A stretch of DNA of 64,000 nt from positions 18,465 through 82,464 of the forward strand of contig JAXLSJ010000008.1 of NCBI GenBank assembly GCA_046330625.1, in the 5' to 3' direction. A model generated the notes under the pieces. That model made no database searches, had not been told where the DNA came from, and worked only from the letters and a program-made list of their open reading frames with translations. This stretch comes from Candidatus Nanopelagicales bacterium (GTDB taxonomy: Bacteria; Actinomycetota; Actinomycetes; S36-B12; GCA-2699445). Shown here piece after piece: positions 31,147-41,291 of the stretch (within the stretch, counting starts at the first letter, position 1; each line of letters begins with the position of its first letter). The translations under genes and the position numbers were made by a program.

Positions 31147-31673
31147 GCGCGCCAGCGCCGTATCGAAACCGGCCACCGGAGTCGGGTCTCGCTTCGCCCG
31201 AGCCGGGGTCCGGGCTCGGGTCGGGCGCCCCTTGGAGTCAAGGAACCGCCTTCGGCGGTCGGTGTTGGATGGATGCTCCGCCTCGCAGGCTCGGCTGCGC
31301 ATCTGGTTCCGCCTTGACGGGCGCCGACTCCGACCCGGACCCCGTCCCGGGCTCGGTCGGTGGGTACGTGCGGCTTCACGGTGGTCGAGCGGAGTCGAGA
31401 CCACGGCACCACCCGCGTAACCCGCAGGCGTTGCTACGGCCTCATGATCATGGTGAATCGCGATGGGTTGAGCCTGGGAGGTGAGAGCAGCAGCTTGATC
31501 ATGAGGCGATTTCAACGGCCCTGCCCGACGTCAAGGGGTCTCGGCTTCACTCGACCAGCGGGGTCTTGGCTTGGCTCGACCTCCGGGGGCTTCGATACGG
31601 CGCTGGCGCGCCTACTCAACCCGCGGGGGTCTCGGCTCCGCTCGACCACCGGGGGTCGTGCCGCTCGACCGCC
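31132..31673. repeat. Repeat island 2: B forward, nested inverted repeats, A forward, an AT-richer hairpin, then A reverse x2, B reverse, A reverse and a partial A
   Basis: B forward is at 31132-31170 and A forward at 31380-31402. A perfect 11-bp inverted repeat cctcatgatca/tgatcatgagg lies at 31440-31450 and 31496-31506. A reverse units are at 31537-31559 and 31562-31584, B reverse at 31589-31626, A reverse at 31628-31650, and a partial A at 31658-31673. The island sits between convergent genes. Confidence 0.85.
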
Positions 31674-31679
31674 GGTTGC

Positions 31680-33620
31680 TCACCCCGCCGGCAGGCGGGC
31701 GTGCGCCTCGGCGACGGGATCGAGCAGGTCCAGGGCGCGTGGTGTCGAGTCCGGCGGCGGAGACCAGCAGGGTGTCGGGGTCCGGGGTTGCTCCAGACGG
31801 TCCGCCAGACACATCAGGCCGTCATGGGCGGCCGCGGCCAGACCGGCCGGTGGTTCCTCGGTCCCCGACAGTTCGTGCCACCGGATGAGCTGTTCGCTGA
31901 CCAGGCGTAGGTCGGCCATGATGATCAACGCGGTGTGGGGGTCGAGTTCGTGGCGGATCGGCTCCTGGGCCGCGGAATGGGCGGCGGCCTCCGCCCGGGT
32001 GCGGACCCGCAGGACGGCGATCCGGCGTTCGGTCATAGCGTCGGGGGCGCCGGCGAACACCGCGTCGCTGTACGCGGCGCCCGTGCGGGCCAGGTCGGCC
32101 AGATCCCGATGGACCGAGGCGCCGGCAGCCCGGGGGAACACCAGCGACGCCGTCACCACGATCACGCCGGCGATCACCGTGTCGACGAGGCGGGGCACCA
32201 GGGTGGTGCGGACCGGGTCGCCGGTGAGCGCCAGCAGGACGATCACGAACGAGGTGATGCCGGCCACGGCCACCGTGTAGTTCGCATACAGGAACGCCCC
32301 GACCAGCAGAGCGCCGAACCCCACCGCCAGGGCGAAGCTCACCGGCCCGGTCACCACGAGCACCAGGCCGATGGCCAGGACCAGCCCCACGACAGTGCCG
32401 CCGATGCGCATGACGACGCGGGTGACCGTACCCGCCAGGTCGGGCTTGGCGATCCACGCGACGGTGAGGGGGACCCAGTACCCGTGGGCCATCGGCAGGA
32501 GCAGCGAGATCACTGTGGCCACCGCGATGGCCAGGGACAGCCGGAGGGCGTGGCGGACGAACGGATCGGACCAGGTGAGGTGCTCCCGGAGCACCCGGCC
32601 GGGATGGACCGCCAACGGTGGTGGTGGCCCGAATTCGGCGCGCCGTCCCACGGGCCAGGGATCCGTCACGGCGCGGGCTGCCCGCTCGAGTGGTCCGGTG
32701 ACGGCAGTGACCAGAACCGGTGGGGTCCCCTCGGCGACGGTGACGTCGGCCGCCGTCCGCACCTGCGCCAGCGCTCCGGGAATCGCCCGGCGTCGTGGGG
32801 GGAACCGCAGTGCCCCCCCGATGTGCCGCATGGTGTGGGCCACCGAGTGCTCCAACCTGCGGGCGGTGACCCGATGCTCGGTGCTCAGGGCGATGAGCGC
32901 CAGTCGCAACTGGGCGCAGTCGTCCGCAAGACCGACAGCCCATGACCGGGAGGGGCCGCGGACCTCGCCGTCGGTGGCCCGGGCCTGCGCGATCATCGGC
33001 ATCAGCGCGACAGCGGTCGTGGACACCGTGTGGTCCGCCCCCTGTGCTGCGTACCCCACGCCGCGGTAGGCGGTGGACAGCACCGTGCGCAGGCCTTCGG
33101 CACGTCGCAGGAGCCAGCCGGGAACCGCGACCACCAGGTAGGCCACTCCGCCGAGCAGGAGCCAGCCCGAGGCGATGACACCGCCGTCCAACGCCCCCGG
33201 GCTCCCCGAGTACATGGTGACCAGGACAAGCGCGATGGTGCCGCCCAGTGCCGTGCGGGGGCCGATCACCCCCACGTAGCCGCAGACGGCAGCGGCGATG
33301 CTACTCCCCAGCACGTGCAGCACCGGGAAGTCGGCGATCAGGCCGCCGAGACAGGTGGCGACCAGATATCCGGCCAGTGTGATGAGGAGTCCGACGAACC
33401 GGTTTCGATCCGGATCGGTGGAGTCGGCGAATCCCACGAAAGCGGCCCCCAGGGCAAGGGACACGACGGCCGTCGCAGACGCCCAGCCCACGCTCGCGAG
33501 GATCACCGCGCTGACGACGAGGCCGGTCCGCAGGCCGCGGAGCCACAGGATCCGGGCGCGGTCGACGGCCAGCGAGGTGCGCAGGGCCGAGCGGGCCACG
33601 GCCCCGGTCTGCGTGCTCAC
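31680..33620 (-). CDS. FUSC family (fusaric-acid-resistance / YccS-like) integral membrane protein
   Basis: This is the 3' 646 codons of track ORF 31680..35987, starting at GTG 33620 ([13 protein letters not shown]). It has two hydrophobic multi-TM blocks separated and followed by cytoplasmic regions. The upstream part of the ORF is antisense to purL. Confidence 0.75.
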   Translation of the reverse strand: MSTQTGAVARSALRTSLAVDRARILWLRGLRTGLVVSAVILASVGWASATAVVSLALGAAFVGFADSTDPDRNRFVGLLITLAGYLVATCLGGLIADFPVLHVLGSSIAAAVCGYVGVIGPRTALGGTIALVLVTMYSGSPGALDGGVIASGWLLLGGVAYLVVAVPGWLLRRAEGLRTVLSTAYRGVGYAAQGADHTVSTTAVALMPMIAQARATDGEVRGPSRSWAVGLADDCAQLRLALIALSTEHRVTARRLEHSVAHTMRHIGGALRFPPRRRAIPGALAQVRTAADVTVAEGTPPVLVTAVTGPLERAARAVTDPWPVGRRAEFGPPPPLAVHPGRVLREHLTWSDPFVRHALRLSLAIAVATVISLLLPMAHGYWVPLTVAWIAKPDLAGTVTRVVMRIGGTVVGLVLAIGLVLVVTGPVSFALAVGFGALLVGAFLYANYTVAVAGITSFVIVLLALTGDPVRTTLVPRLVDTVIAGVIVVTASLVFPRAAGASVHRDLADLARTGAAYSDAVFAGAPDAMTERRIAVLRVRTRAEAAAHSAAQEPIRHELDPHTALIIMADLRLVSEQLIRWHELSGTEEPPAGLAAAAHDGLMCLADRLEQPRTPTPCWSPPPDSTPRALDLLDPVAEAHARLPAG

Positions 33621-33725
33621 CGCGCCAGTGTGGCGAAAGCCGCGGCACCGGGGGTCCAGGTCGGGGCGACTAGACTCAGGGTCGGTGGAATGCGGCTCAG
33701 TCGGCCTGCTGCGAGGAGTGAACGG

Positions 33726-36017
33726 ATGACCCTGGACACGGTCGAGCTCGCTGAGTCGACTCCCGACACCGAGCAGCCCTTCGCCGAGTTGGGGCTCAAG
33801 CCGGACGAGTACCAGCGCATCCGCGAGATCCTGGGCCGCCGACCCACCAGCAGCGAGCTGGCCATGTACTCGGTCATGTGGAGCGAACACTGCTCCTACA
33901 AGTCCAGCAAGGTGCATCTGCGCCAGTTCGGTGACAAGGCGCCGCCCTCGGACGCGCTGCTGGTCGGAATCGGCGAGAACGCCGGGGTGGTCGACATCGG
34001 CGACGGCTGGGCGGTCACGTTCAAGGTCGAGAGCCACAACCACCCCAGTTACGTCGAGCCGTATCAGGGCGCGGCGACCGGGGTCGGCGGCATCGTGCGC
34101 GACATCATCTCGATGGGCGCGCGGCCGCTGGCGGTCATGGACCCGCTGCGGTTCGGCGCCGCCGATCATCCGGACACGAGGCGGGTGTTGCCCGGAGTGG
34201 TCGCGGGGATCGGTGGTTACGGCAACTGTCTGGGCCTGCCGAACATCGGCGGCGAAGTGGTGTTTGACGCCTCGTACCAGGGCAACCCGCTGGTCAATGC
34301 GCTGTGTGTCGGGGCCATGAGACACGAGGACATCCACCTGGCCAGTGCCCGTGGCGTGGGCAACCGCGTCGTGCTCTACGGCGCCCGGACCGGCGGCGAC
34401 GGTATCGGCGGGGTGTCGGTCCTGGCCAGCGAGACCTTCGAGGACTCGGGACCGGCCAAGCGGCCCAGTGTCCAGGTCGGCGACCCGTTCATGGAGAAGT
34501 TGCTCATCGAGTGCACCCTCGAAGTCCTGGGCGCGGGACTCGTCGAAGGTATCCAGGACCTCGGCGGCGCCGGTATCTCGTGCGCGACCAGCGAGCTGGC
34601 GAGCAACGGCGACGGCGGGATGCACGTCCACCTCGACCGGGTGCCGCTGCGCGATGCGACGCTCAGCCCCGAAGAGATCCTCATGAGCGAGTCGCAGGAA
34701 CGCATGTGCGCCATCGTGACGCCGGAGCACCTCGAGGAGTTCCTCGCCATCTGCGCCAAGTGGGACGTCGAGGCCGTCGACATCGGCGAGGTCACCGACA
34801 CCGGTTCCCTCACGATCGACTGGCACGGTGAGCGGGTCGTCGACGTCCCGCCGCGCACCGTGGCCCACGAGGGTCCGGTGTACGAAAGGCCGTTGGCCCG
34901 ACCCGACTACCTGGACGCCCTGCAGGAATCCGGTCCGGACGATCTGGCGCGACCGACCACCACCGCTGGGCTCCGGGACACCTGGCTGCGACTGGCGGGC
35001 TCGGCGAACCTGGGCAGCAAGGCGTGGATCACCGACCAGTACGACCGCTATGTGCGGGGCAACACCGTCCTGGCCCAACCCGAGGACGCGGGCATGATCC
35101 GCATCGACGAGGAGACCGGTCGCGGGGTGGCGCTGTCCACCGACTGCAACGGCCGCTTCGCGAAACTGGACCCGTACGCGGGCGCCCAGCTCGCGTTCGC
35201 CGAGGCCTACCGCAACGTGGCCACCACTGGCGCAGTGCCGCTGGCGGTCACCAACTGCCTCAACTTCGGATCGCCCGAGGAACCCGGTGTCATGTGGCAG
35301 TTCGCCGAGGCGGTACGGGGCCTGGCCGACGCGTGCCAGGTCGCCGGGACCCCCGTGACCGGGGGGAACGTGTCGTTCTACAACTCGACCGGCGATGTGG
35401 CGATCCACCCGACGCCGGTGGTCGGGGTGCTCGGCGTGATCGACGACGTCGACCGGCGCACGCCGCAGGCGTGGGCGGATGACGGCGAGGCCATCTACCT
35501 GCTCGGCGACAGTCGCGACGAACTCGCCGGCTCGGAGTGGGCGCATGTCGTCCACGGCCACTTGGGGGGCCGGCCCCCGGTCGTCGATCTGGAGCGGGAG
35601 CGGGTCCTGGCGCAGGTCCTGGTGGCCGGCAGTCGCGACGGCATGATCAGCGCCGCCCACGACGTGTCCGACGGCGGGGTGGCCACGACTCTCGGCGAGA
35701 TGTTCCTGCGCAGTGGCATAGGGGCCCGCACCTGGGTTCCCGACGGTGTCACACCCTTCGTCCACCTGTTCGGCGAGTCCGCCGGGCGAGCGGTGGTCGT
35801 CGTCCCCCGCAGCGAGGAGCAGCGGTTCACCGCCATGTGCGCCGCGCGGGAATTGCCGGCGGCCCGGATCGGGGTGGTCGACTCCGGCTTGGGCGCCGAC
35901 AGCGACGAGACCGATCAGGTGCTGGTGGTCGCGATCCCGGACGACGACGACCTGGTGATCCGGCTGACCGACCTGCGCGCCGCCCACTCGGCCCTGCTCC
36001 CGAAGCTGTTCGGCTGA
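33726..36017 (+). CDS. purL: Phosphoribosylformylglycinamidine synthase subunit PurL
   Basis: Track ORF 33030..36017, starting at ATG 33726 ([24 protein letters not shown]). Motif [12 protein letters not shown]. About 763 aa, typical of small PurL. Confidence 0.95.
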   Translation: MTLDTVELAESTPDTEQPFAELGLKPDEYQRIREILGRRPTSSELAMYSVMWSEHCSYKSSKVHLRQFGDKAPPSDALLVGIGENAGVVDIGDGWAVTFKVESHNHPSYVEPYQGAATGVGGIVRDIISMGARPLAVMDPLRFGAADHPDTRRVLPGVVAGIGGYGNCLGLPNIGGEVVFDASYQGNPLVNALCVGAMRHEDIHLASARGVGNRVVLYGARTGGDGIGGVSVLASETFEDSGPAKRPSVQVGDPFMEKLLIECTLEVLGAGLVEGIQDLGGAGISCATSELASNGDGGMHVHLDRVPLRDATLSPEEILMSESQERMCAIVTPEHLEEFLAICAKWDVEAVDIGEVTDTGSLTIDWHGERVVDVPPRTVAHEGPVYERPLARPDYLDALQESGPDDLARPTTTAGLRDTWLRLAGSANLGSKAWITDQYDRYVRGNTVLAQPEDAGMIRIDEETGRGVALSTDCNGRFAKLDPYAGAQLAFAEAYRNVATTGAVPLAVTNCLNFGSPEEPGVMWQFAEAVRGLADACQVAGTPVTGGNVSFYNSTGDVAIHPTPVVGVLGVIDDVDRRTPQAWADDGEAIYLLGDSRDELAGSEWAHVVHGHLGGRPPVVDLERERVLAQVLVAGSRDGMISAAHDVSDGGVATTLGEMFLRSGIGARTWVPDGVTPFVHLFGESAGRAVVVVPRSEEQRFTAMCAARELPAARIGVVDSGLGADSDETDQVLVVAIPDDDDLVIRLTDLRAAHSALLPKLFG

Positions 36018-36445
36018 TGCGGCTCACGGGTCGGATCGACTTCGCCATCCGCGCCGCCGTCGAGATCGCGGGCCGCGGCGGCACCGTGCGACTCGACGAC
36101 GTGGCCAAGGCCCAGAACCTGCCGACCGAATACGTGCGGTCCGCCATGCGCGATCTGCGGCGCTCCGGCATCGTCTCCAGCAAGCGGGGCCACGACGGTG
36201 GCTACGCGCTGAGTCGTCCCGCCGACGAGGTGTCGTTGGCCGACATCATCCGCGCGGTCGACGGTCCCCTGACCGAGGTGCGCGGCGAGCGCCCGGACAA
36301 CGTCGAATACACCGGCGTCGCCGCCCCGCTGCGGGATGTCTGGCTGGCGCTGCGGGCCAACGAACGCAAGATCCTCGAGGCCGTCTCCCTGGCCGACGTG
36401 GTGGCCGACGACCTCCCGCCGGTCGTGACCAGCCTGCTGGACTGA
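36017..36445 (+). CDS. Rrf2 family transcriptional regulator (no cysteines)
   Basis: Tail of track ORF 35537..36445. ATG 36017 overlaps the purL stop (TGATG). Sequence [19 protein letters not shown]...GIVSSKRGHDGGYALSRP...SLADIIRAVDGPL. It contains no Cys residues. Confidence 0.85.
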   Translation: MRLTGRIDFAIRAAVEIAGRGGTVRLDDVAKAQNLPTEYVRSAMRDLRRSGIVSSKRGHDGGYALSRPADEVSLADIIRAVDGPLTEVRGERPDNVEYTGVAAPLRDVWLALRANERKILEAVSLADVVADDLPPVVTSLLD

Positions 36446-36578
36446 CCCCTCCCGGGCACTTCGTCCCGGGCATCGTCGGGCCGATGGTCCCGATGTTCTC
36501 CGGCGGGCACTCTCCCGACCATCCTCGCTGGGTAGTCGCGAAGTAACTGCGCGTACAACTGGAGGAGAGGTGATCCCC

Positions 36579-38234
36579 ATGCGATGGTCCATTCTCGGCG
36601 CGGCAGTGGTGGCGTCAGCCCTGTCCCTTCCCGTCACCGTCACAGCACAGGCGGCGGATCCGCCCCCACCGCGGACCCTCACCAAGGCGCAGTACCACCT
36701 GACCAACGGCAACACCGGGATCATCGACCTCGCGACCGGCGGGGATGCTGCCGAGGTGCCCGGACGGCCGACGCCGCTGGTGGTCAGCCTGGGCGACTCC
36801 TACATCTCCGGCGAGGCCGGCCGGTGGGCCGGCAACTCCGAACAGCGCAAGTGGAGCGACTACACCGATGCGCTGGGCGACTCCGCCTACGCCGACGTGA
36901 ACGGCAAGGAAGCCATTCCCGGATGTCACCGCGCGGAGGGCGCGGAGATCCACTTCGGCGGTGGGGTCACCTCCGTCAATCTCGCGTGCTCGGGGGCCAC
37001 GACGGCCACCGATGCGTCGGCGAAGCCCTACAAGCCGGGGATCGACGCCTCGGACACCCAACTGCACGGGGTGAAGGCGCTCGGCCAGACCGCGTTGCTG
37101 GCCCATCTGGCACAGGCGAACCGGCATCGGATCCGGCTCGTGGTGCTGTCCATCGGGGGCAACGACTTCCACTTCGGGACGATCGTCGAGAAATGCGTGA
37201 AGGCGTTCCTCGGGTGGGGCGACTACTGCAAGGACAACCCCGAGCTCCAGGCTCTGGTCGACAGTGACTCTGTGACGGCCCGACGGACCGAGATCGCCGG
37301 CGCGATCGGCAACGTCTATGCGGCGATGAAGTCCGGCGGATACCGCGACGAGGAGTGGACCATGCTGGTCCAGACCTACCCGTCGCCGGTCGCCGACAGT
37401 CAGACCATCCGCTACCCGCAGACCTACGCCCGGCAGTTCCGGGGCGGATGCGGTTTCTACAACGCCGACCTCGACTGGGCCAACGGCACCGTGCTCGCGA
37501 CGGTCAACAGCACGGTGAAGGCGGCTGCCGGCGACGTGAAGGCGGCCCATCCGAATCTGCGGATCCTGGACCTCGGCCCCGCGCTGATGGGGCATCGCCT
37601 GTGCGAGACCGGCACCACGGTGGTCGGCAAGATCGAAGGGGCCCTGTGGGGCTGGGACTGGGCGCCGGTGCGGGCGTGGACCCAGAAGGACGCGGCCGGG
37701 ATGTCGGAGTGGGTTGCGCAGATCCGCGCCGTCCAGACCGGCGATCCGTATGCCCAGGAGGAGTCGCTGCACCCCAACTACTGGGCCCAGAAGGCCTACC
37801 AGTCCTGCCTGACCGAGGCGTACGGCAGCGGCACGGTGCGCGGCGGCGTGTGCTCCTTCGCCGGCCTCGACCGCCAAGGTCTGCCCACGATGCGGGTCGA
37901 CCCGTTGTTCGGGTGGGAGGACCAGCTGGGCGAACTGCCGACGCTGGGCAAGCCGGGACGCGGTGCACCCCATGCGGTGCGGCACCTGCGTGCCGAGGAC
38001 ACGACCGCGGGGATGCGGCTCGCCTGGAAGGCGCCGAGGGGCAAGGCCCCGGTGCGCGCGTACTTCTACCACCTGCGGCGTGCCGGTCACGCCTGGCAGC
38101 CGTGGTTGCGCGCGGGGGTGTCCCACGAAGTCGTGATCCCGATCGCCCGTCCCGGTCGCTACCGCGTCACGGTGGTGGCCCAGAACGAGCACGGGAGTTC
38201 GCCGTCCCGCTCAGCACACGTCCGACTGCGCTGA
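36579..38234 (+). CDS. Secreted SGNH/GDSL hydrolase with C-terminal fibronectin type III-like domain
   Basis: Track ORF 36570..38234. ATG 36579 lies 9 nt after ggaggagagg. It has a signal peptide and the SGNH blocks LGDSYISGEA, LACSGAT, SIGGNDF and LHPN. Confidence 0.85.
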   Translation: MRWSILGAAVVASALSLPVTVTAQAADPPPPRTLTKAQYHLTNGNTGIIDLATGGDAAEVPGRPTPLVVSLGDSYISGEAGRWAGNSEQRKWSDYTDALGDSAYADVNGKEAIPGCHRAEGAEIHFGGGVTSVNLACSGATTATDASAKPYKPGIDASDTQLHGVKALGQTALLAHLAQANRHRIRLVVLSIGGNDFHFGTIVEKCVKAFLGWGDYCKDNPELQALVDSDSVTARRTEIAGAIGNVYAAMKSGGYRDEEWTMLVQTYPSPVADSQTIRYPQTYARQFRGGCGFYNADLDWANGTVLATVNSTVKAAAGDVKAAHPNLRILDLGPALMGHRLCETGTTVVGKIEGALWGWDWAPVRAWTQKDAAGMSEWVAQIRAVQTGDPYAQEESLHPNYWAQKAYQSCLTEAYGSGTVRGGVCSFAGLDRQGLPTMRVDPLFGWEDQLGELPTLGKPGRGAPHAVRHLRAEDTTAGMRLAWKAPRGKAPVRAYFYHLRRAGHAWQPWLRAGVSHEVVIPIARPGRYRVTVVAQNEHGSSPSRSAHVRLR

Positions 38235-38255
38235 GCGTCGGGGTCCCGCGTCCGG

Positions 38256-38792
38256 TCAGCCGGTGCGTCGCCGAGCACGGTAGGCCGCGACGTGCGCCCG
38301 GTTGCCGCACCCGTCGTCGCAGTAGCGTTTCGAGCGGTTGCGACTGAGGTCGACCACGACGGACTCGCAGTCCTCGCCGTCGCAGATCCGCAGGCGGGAC
38401 AGTTCGCCCGCGCGGATCACGTCGACCATGGCCATCGCCGCCTCGACGGCCATCCGCGACGCGAGCGGGGCCTCGGGTCCCGTCGCGTGCAGGTGCCAGT
38501 TCCAGTCGTCGTGTTTGACGAGTTGGGGCAGGGCCCGTTCGGCCCGGAGGAGACGGTTGACCAGGTCGACACACCCGGGTTCGTCGAGTTCCCAGAACTT
38601 GCGTAGTACGGGGCGCAAGGCCTGGACCTGGCGCAGCTCGTGCTCGTCGCCGGTGCGGTTGCCGCTCCAGCGTTCGGTGATCACGAATCGATCCAGCGCG
38701 GCGGTGTCGGGTATTTCCTCCACCCCGCCGGACGAGGTGTTCACCAGCGCCGCAGCCCCGGCGAGCGCCACCTCGGTGTCATGAATGAACAT
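38256..38792 (-). CDS. CGNR zinc-finger (ABATE domain) protein
   Basis: Track ORF 38256..38795. ATG 38792 follows aaggag. C-terminal RLRICDGEDCESVVVDLSRNRSKRYCDDGCGNRAHVAAYRAR. Confidence 0.88.
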   Translation of the reverse strand: MFIHDTEVALAGAAALVNTSSGGVEEIPDTAALDRFVITERWSGNRTGDEHELRQVQALRPVLRKFWELDEPGCVDLVNRLLRAERALPQLVKHDDWNWHLHATGPEAPLASRMAVEAAMAMVDVIRAGELSRLRICDGEDCESVVVDLSRNRSKRYCDDGCGNRAHVAAYRARRRTG

Positions 38793-38881
38793 CAAGTTGA
38801 CTCCTTACGTGGCGCGGGCCTAGTGTCATGACCAAGATACTACTTCGGTCCTTACATGAGCTCCGAGCGAAGGAGTCCGAC

Positions 38882-39850
38882 ATGGCTCGTCCCCTGCGCG
38901 CCGGCGGCTTGGCGCTGGCTCTCGTGTCGTCCTTCGCGTTCGCGATGTCCGGCCCCCTGGCCAAGCCCCTGCTCGACGCCGGCTGGAGCGCCGGGGCCGC
39001 CGCGCTGCTCCGGATCGGCGGCGCCGCGCTCGTACTGCTCATCCCCACTGTCCTGCTCATCCGGAACTCCGGGGTGGCAGGCCTGGCAGGCGCTTGGCGC
39101 TATCTCCTGGGGTATGCGGCCCTGGCTGTCGCCGGGACCCAGATCGGGTTCTTCAGTGCGATCCAGACGCTTCCCGTCGGGCTGGCACTTCTCATCGAAT
39201 ACACCGGCCCCCTGCTCGTGGTGCTGTGGTTGTGGTGGCGGCACGGGCAGCGGCCCACCCGCTGGGTCGTGGTCGGTGGGGCGCTGGCGATGGCCGGGCT
39301 GGTGCTCATCCTGGATCCGTCCTCGTCGGGCGGGCTGGATCCGGTCGGGGTGCTGTGGGCGGTGTTCGCCGCGGTCTGTCTGGCGGGCTACTTCGTGCTC
39401 TCGGCCCAGGTGCAGGACGACCTGCCCCCGCTCGTGGTCGTGGGCACCGGGATGGTGGCGGGCTGGCTGCTGCTCGCGGTGGCCGCTGTGCTGGGACTGC
39501 TCCCGGTCGTGACCACGACCGCGCCGGTCGCGATCGGGGGACAGGTGGTGCCCTGGTGGTGGCCCGCGATCGCACTGGTCCTGGTGGCCACGGTCTTCGC
39601 CTACCTGACCGGGATCGCCGCCGTGCGTCGACTCGGCGCCCGCCTCGCGTCCTTCGTCTCATTGCTGGAACTGGTGATGGCCACCGCGCTGTCCGCGCTG
39701 CTGCTGGCCCAGGTGCCCGGCCCGCGGCAACTGCTGGGCGGTGTGGTGATCCTGATCGGCCTGGTCCTGGTCCGCATCGGCGAACCCGACCCCGAGCCCG
39801 AGCCGGGCTTCCCGACGATCCGCGACACGCCCAGCACACTGTCCGCTTGA
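38882..39850 (+). CDS. EamA/DMT family transporter
   Basis: Track ORF 38828..39850. ATG 38882 follows gaaggag. It has about 10 TM segments and the duplicated EamA pattern. Confidence 0.85.
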   Translation: MARPLRAGGLALALVSSFAFAMSGPLAKPLLDAGWSAGAAALLRIGGAALVLLIPTVLLIRNSGVAGLAGAWRYLLGYAALAVAGTQIGFFSAIQTLPVGLALLIEYTGPLLVVLWLWWRHGQRPTRWVVVGGALAMAGLVLILDPSSSGGLDPVGVLWAVFAAVCLAGYFVLSAQVQDDLPPLVVVGTGMVAGWLLLAVAAVLGLLPVVTTTAPVAIGGQVVPWWWPAIALVLVATVFAYLTGIAAVRRLGARLASFVSLLELVMATALSALLLAQVPGPRQLLGGVVILIGLVLVRIGEPDPEPEPGFPTIRDTPSTLSA

Positions 39851-39858
39851 CGAGTTCT

Positions 39859-39891
39859 CCAGTTTTCCTACACAGTTAGTCGGGAAACTGG
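39859..39891 (+). promoter_or_regulatory. AT-rich inverted repeat CCAGTTTTCC-N13-GGGAAACTGG immediately upstream of the FAD/NAD(P)-binding protein / Rrf2 operon
   Basis: The arms at 39859-39868 and 39882-39891 match 9 of 10 positions. The right arm overlaps the SD gggagg of the ATG at 39900. GC is locally low in a high-GC genome. Confidence 0.4.
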
Positions 39892-39899
39892 GAGGCGAC

Positions 39900-41291
39900 A
39901 TGGGTGCTGCAGTGGTGGCAGTGATCGGAGCCGGTGCGTCGGGCGCCCTGACGGCGGCGGCGATCCTCCGTCGGGCCGGGGCCGACGTGGCGGTACGGCT
40001 GATCGACGCGGCGGACAGCACCGGGCGGGGGGTGGCGTACGGCACGGTGGACCGACGCCATCTCACCAACGTCCCGGTCGCCCGCATGAGCGCCGACCCC
40101 GACGCCCCCGACGACTTCCTGCACTGGCTGCGGCGCCACCGGGCGCCCCAGGTCCGGGTGACCGACTACGTACCCCGGCAATGGTTCGGCGAGTATCTGG
40201 AGGGCCATCTGGCCCGGACGGCCGAGAGGTCCCAGGCCCGGCTGTACCGGATCAATGACGAAGCGCACAGCATCGTGCCCCGGGGTGGGCGGTACCGCGT
40301 GCGTCTCCGCCACGGGCTGAGCATGATGACCGACGCCGTGGTGCTCGCCGTAGGTGCCCCGCGCGCGGACGCCGGCCTGCTGCCGTCGGCCCTCACCGCG
40401 TCGCCGCTGTTCTGCGCGGACCCCTGGAATCCGGTACTGCTCCACCGCGCCACGGATCATGCTGACCGGATCCTCTTCGTGGGTGCGGGCCTGACGATGG
40501 TGGACCTGGCCATCAGCCTGGACCGGCCCGGACGCAAGCTCATGGCGGTGTCACGCACCGGGCTGTTGCCGGCCGCCCATGCCCGACGGCCACCCAGTGG
40601 GATCCTGCCGCCGCCAGTGGTGCCCGACGGGGTCCTGAGCCGCCAGGCCGCGGAACGCCTGATCGTCGAGCAGGTGCGACGCGCGCAGGCCGAATACGGA
40701 GACTGGCGTCCCGGGATCGATTCCCTGCGCCCGGTCGCCGACGAACTGTGGCAGCGGCTGTCCGTGATCGACCAGCGCCGGTTCGCTCGCGGTGAGGGCC
40801 TGCGTGAGTGGGAGGTCCGGCGCCATCGCATGGCTCCCGAGACGGCCGAAAGGCTGCAGGAGATGCGCGACGCCGGACGGTTCACGGTGCGTCGGGCCAC
40901 GATCGCCAGTGCCCGCCGCCACCGCAACGGTGGCCTGCGGGTGCTCCTCTCCGATTCCACCCGGCTCCACGCCCACGCGGTCGTCGACTGCACCGGTGCG
41001 GGGATCCCCGACGCGGTGCGCCAGGGCGGCAACCCGTTGCTGGCCGACCTCGTGGGGCGTGGTCTGGCACGGATCAACGACCAGGGACTCGGGCTGGACA
41101 ACGACCGTGGCGGGGCGTTGGTGTCGGCCGACGGGCGGGTGCAGTCCGCGCTGCGGGTGGTGGGGCACTATCGGCGAGGCCCCGTCTGGGAGACCACGGC
41201 GATCCCGCAGATCAGACTGCAGGCCGTTCAGGTCGCCGAGGATCTCCTGGCCGCGCGACAACCGGCACCCGTCCCCGAGCGGACCCGCTGA
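39900..41291 (+). CDS. FAD/NAD(P)-binding protein (NAD_binding_9-like)
   Basis: Track ORF. N-terminal dinucleotide fold VAVIGAGASGALTAAAIL and a second fold ILFVGAGLTMVDLA. Confidence 0.8.
   Translation: MGAAVVAVIGAGASGALTAAAILRRAGADVAVRLIDAADSTGRGVAYGTVDRRHLTNVPVARMSADPDAPDDFLHWLRRHRAPQVRVTDYVPRQWFGEYLEGHLARTAERSQARLYRINDEAHSIVPRGGRYRVRLRHGLSMMTDAVVLAVGAPRADAGLLPSALTASPLFCADPWNPVLLHRATDHADRILFVGAGLTMVDLAISLDRPGRKLMAVSRTGLLPAAHARRPPSGILPPPVVPDGVLSRQAAERLIVEQVRRAQAEYGDWRPGIDSLRPVADELWQRLSVIDQRRFARGEGLREWEVRRHRMAPETAERLQEMRDAGRFTVRRATIASARRHRNGGLRVLLSDSTRLHAHAVVDCTGAGIPDAVRQGGNPLLADLVGRGLARINDQGLGLDNDRGGALVSADGRVQSALRVVGHYRRGPVWETTAIPQIRLQAVQVAEDLLAARQPAPVPERTR

Noticed and set aside
33621-35987. 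Upstream 789 codons of the 1435-aa minus-strand ORF 31680..35987
   Set aside because: This part is antisense to the unmistakable purL gene. Its composition is Arg/Gly/Pro/His-rich and junk-like. Only the last 646 codons (the FUSC membrane protein, from GTG 33620) look real. Long stop-free antisense frames are expected in high-GC DNA.
36500-39895. Shared 10-mer TAGTCG(C/G)GAA upstream of the SGNH hydrolase (about 36530) and of the FAD-binding/Rrf2 operon (about 39876), considered as a common Rrf2 operator
   Set aside because: A 9-of-10 match between two ~100-nt regions is roughly what chance allows. It has no dyad symmetry of its own.
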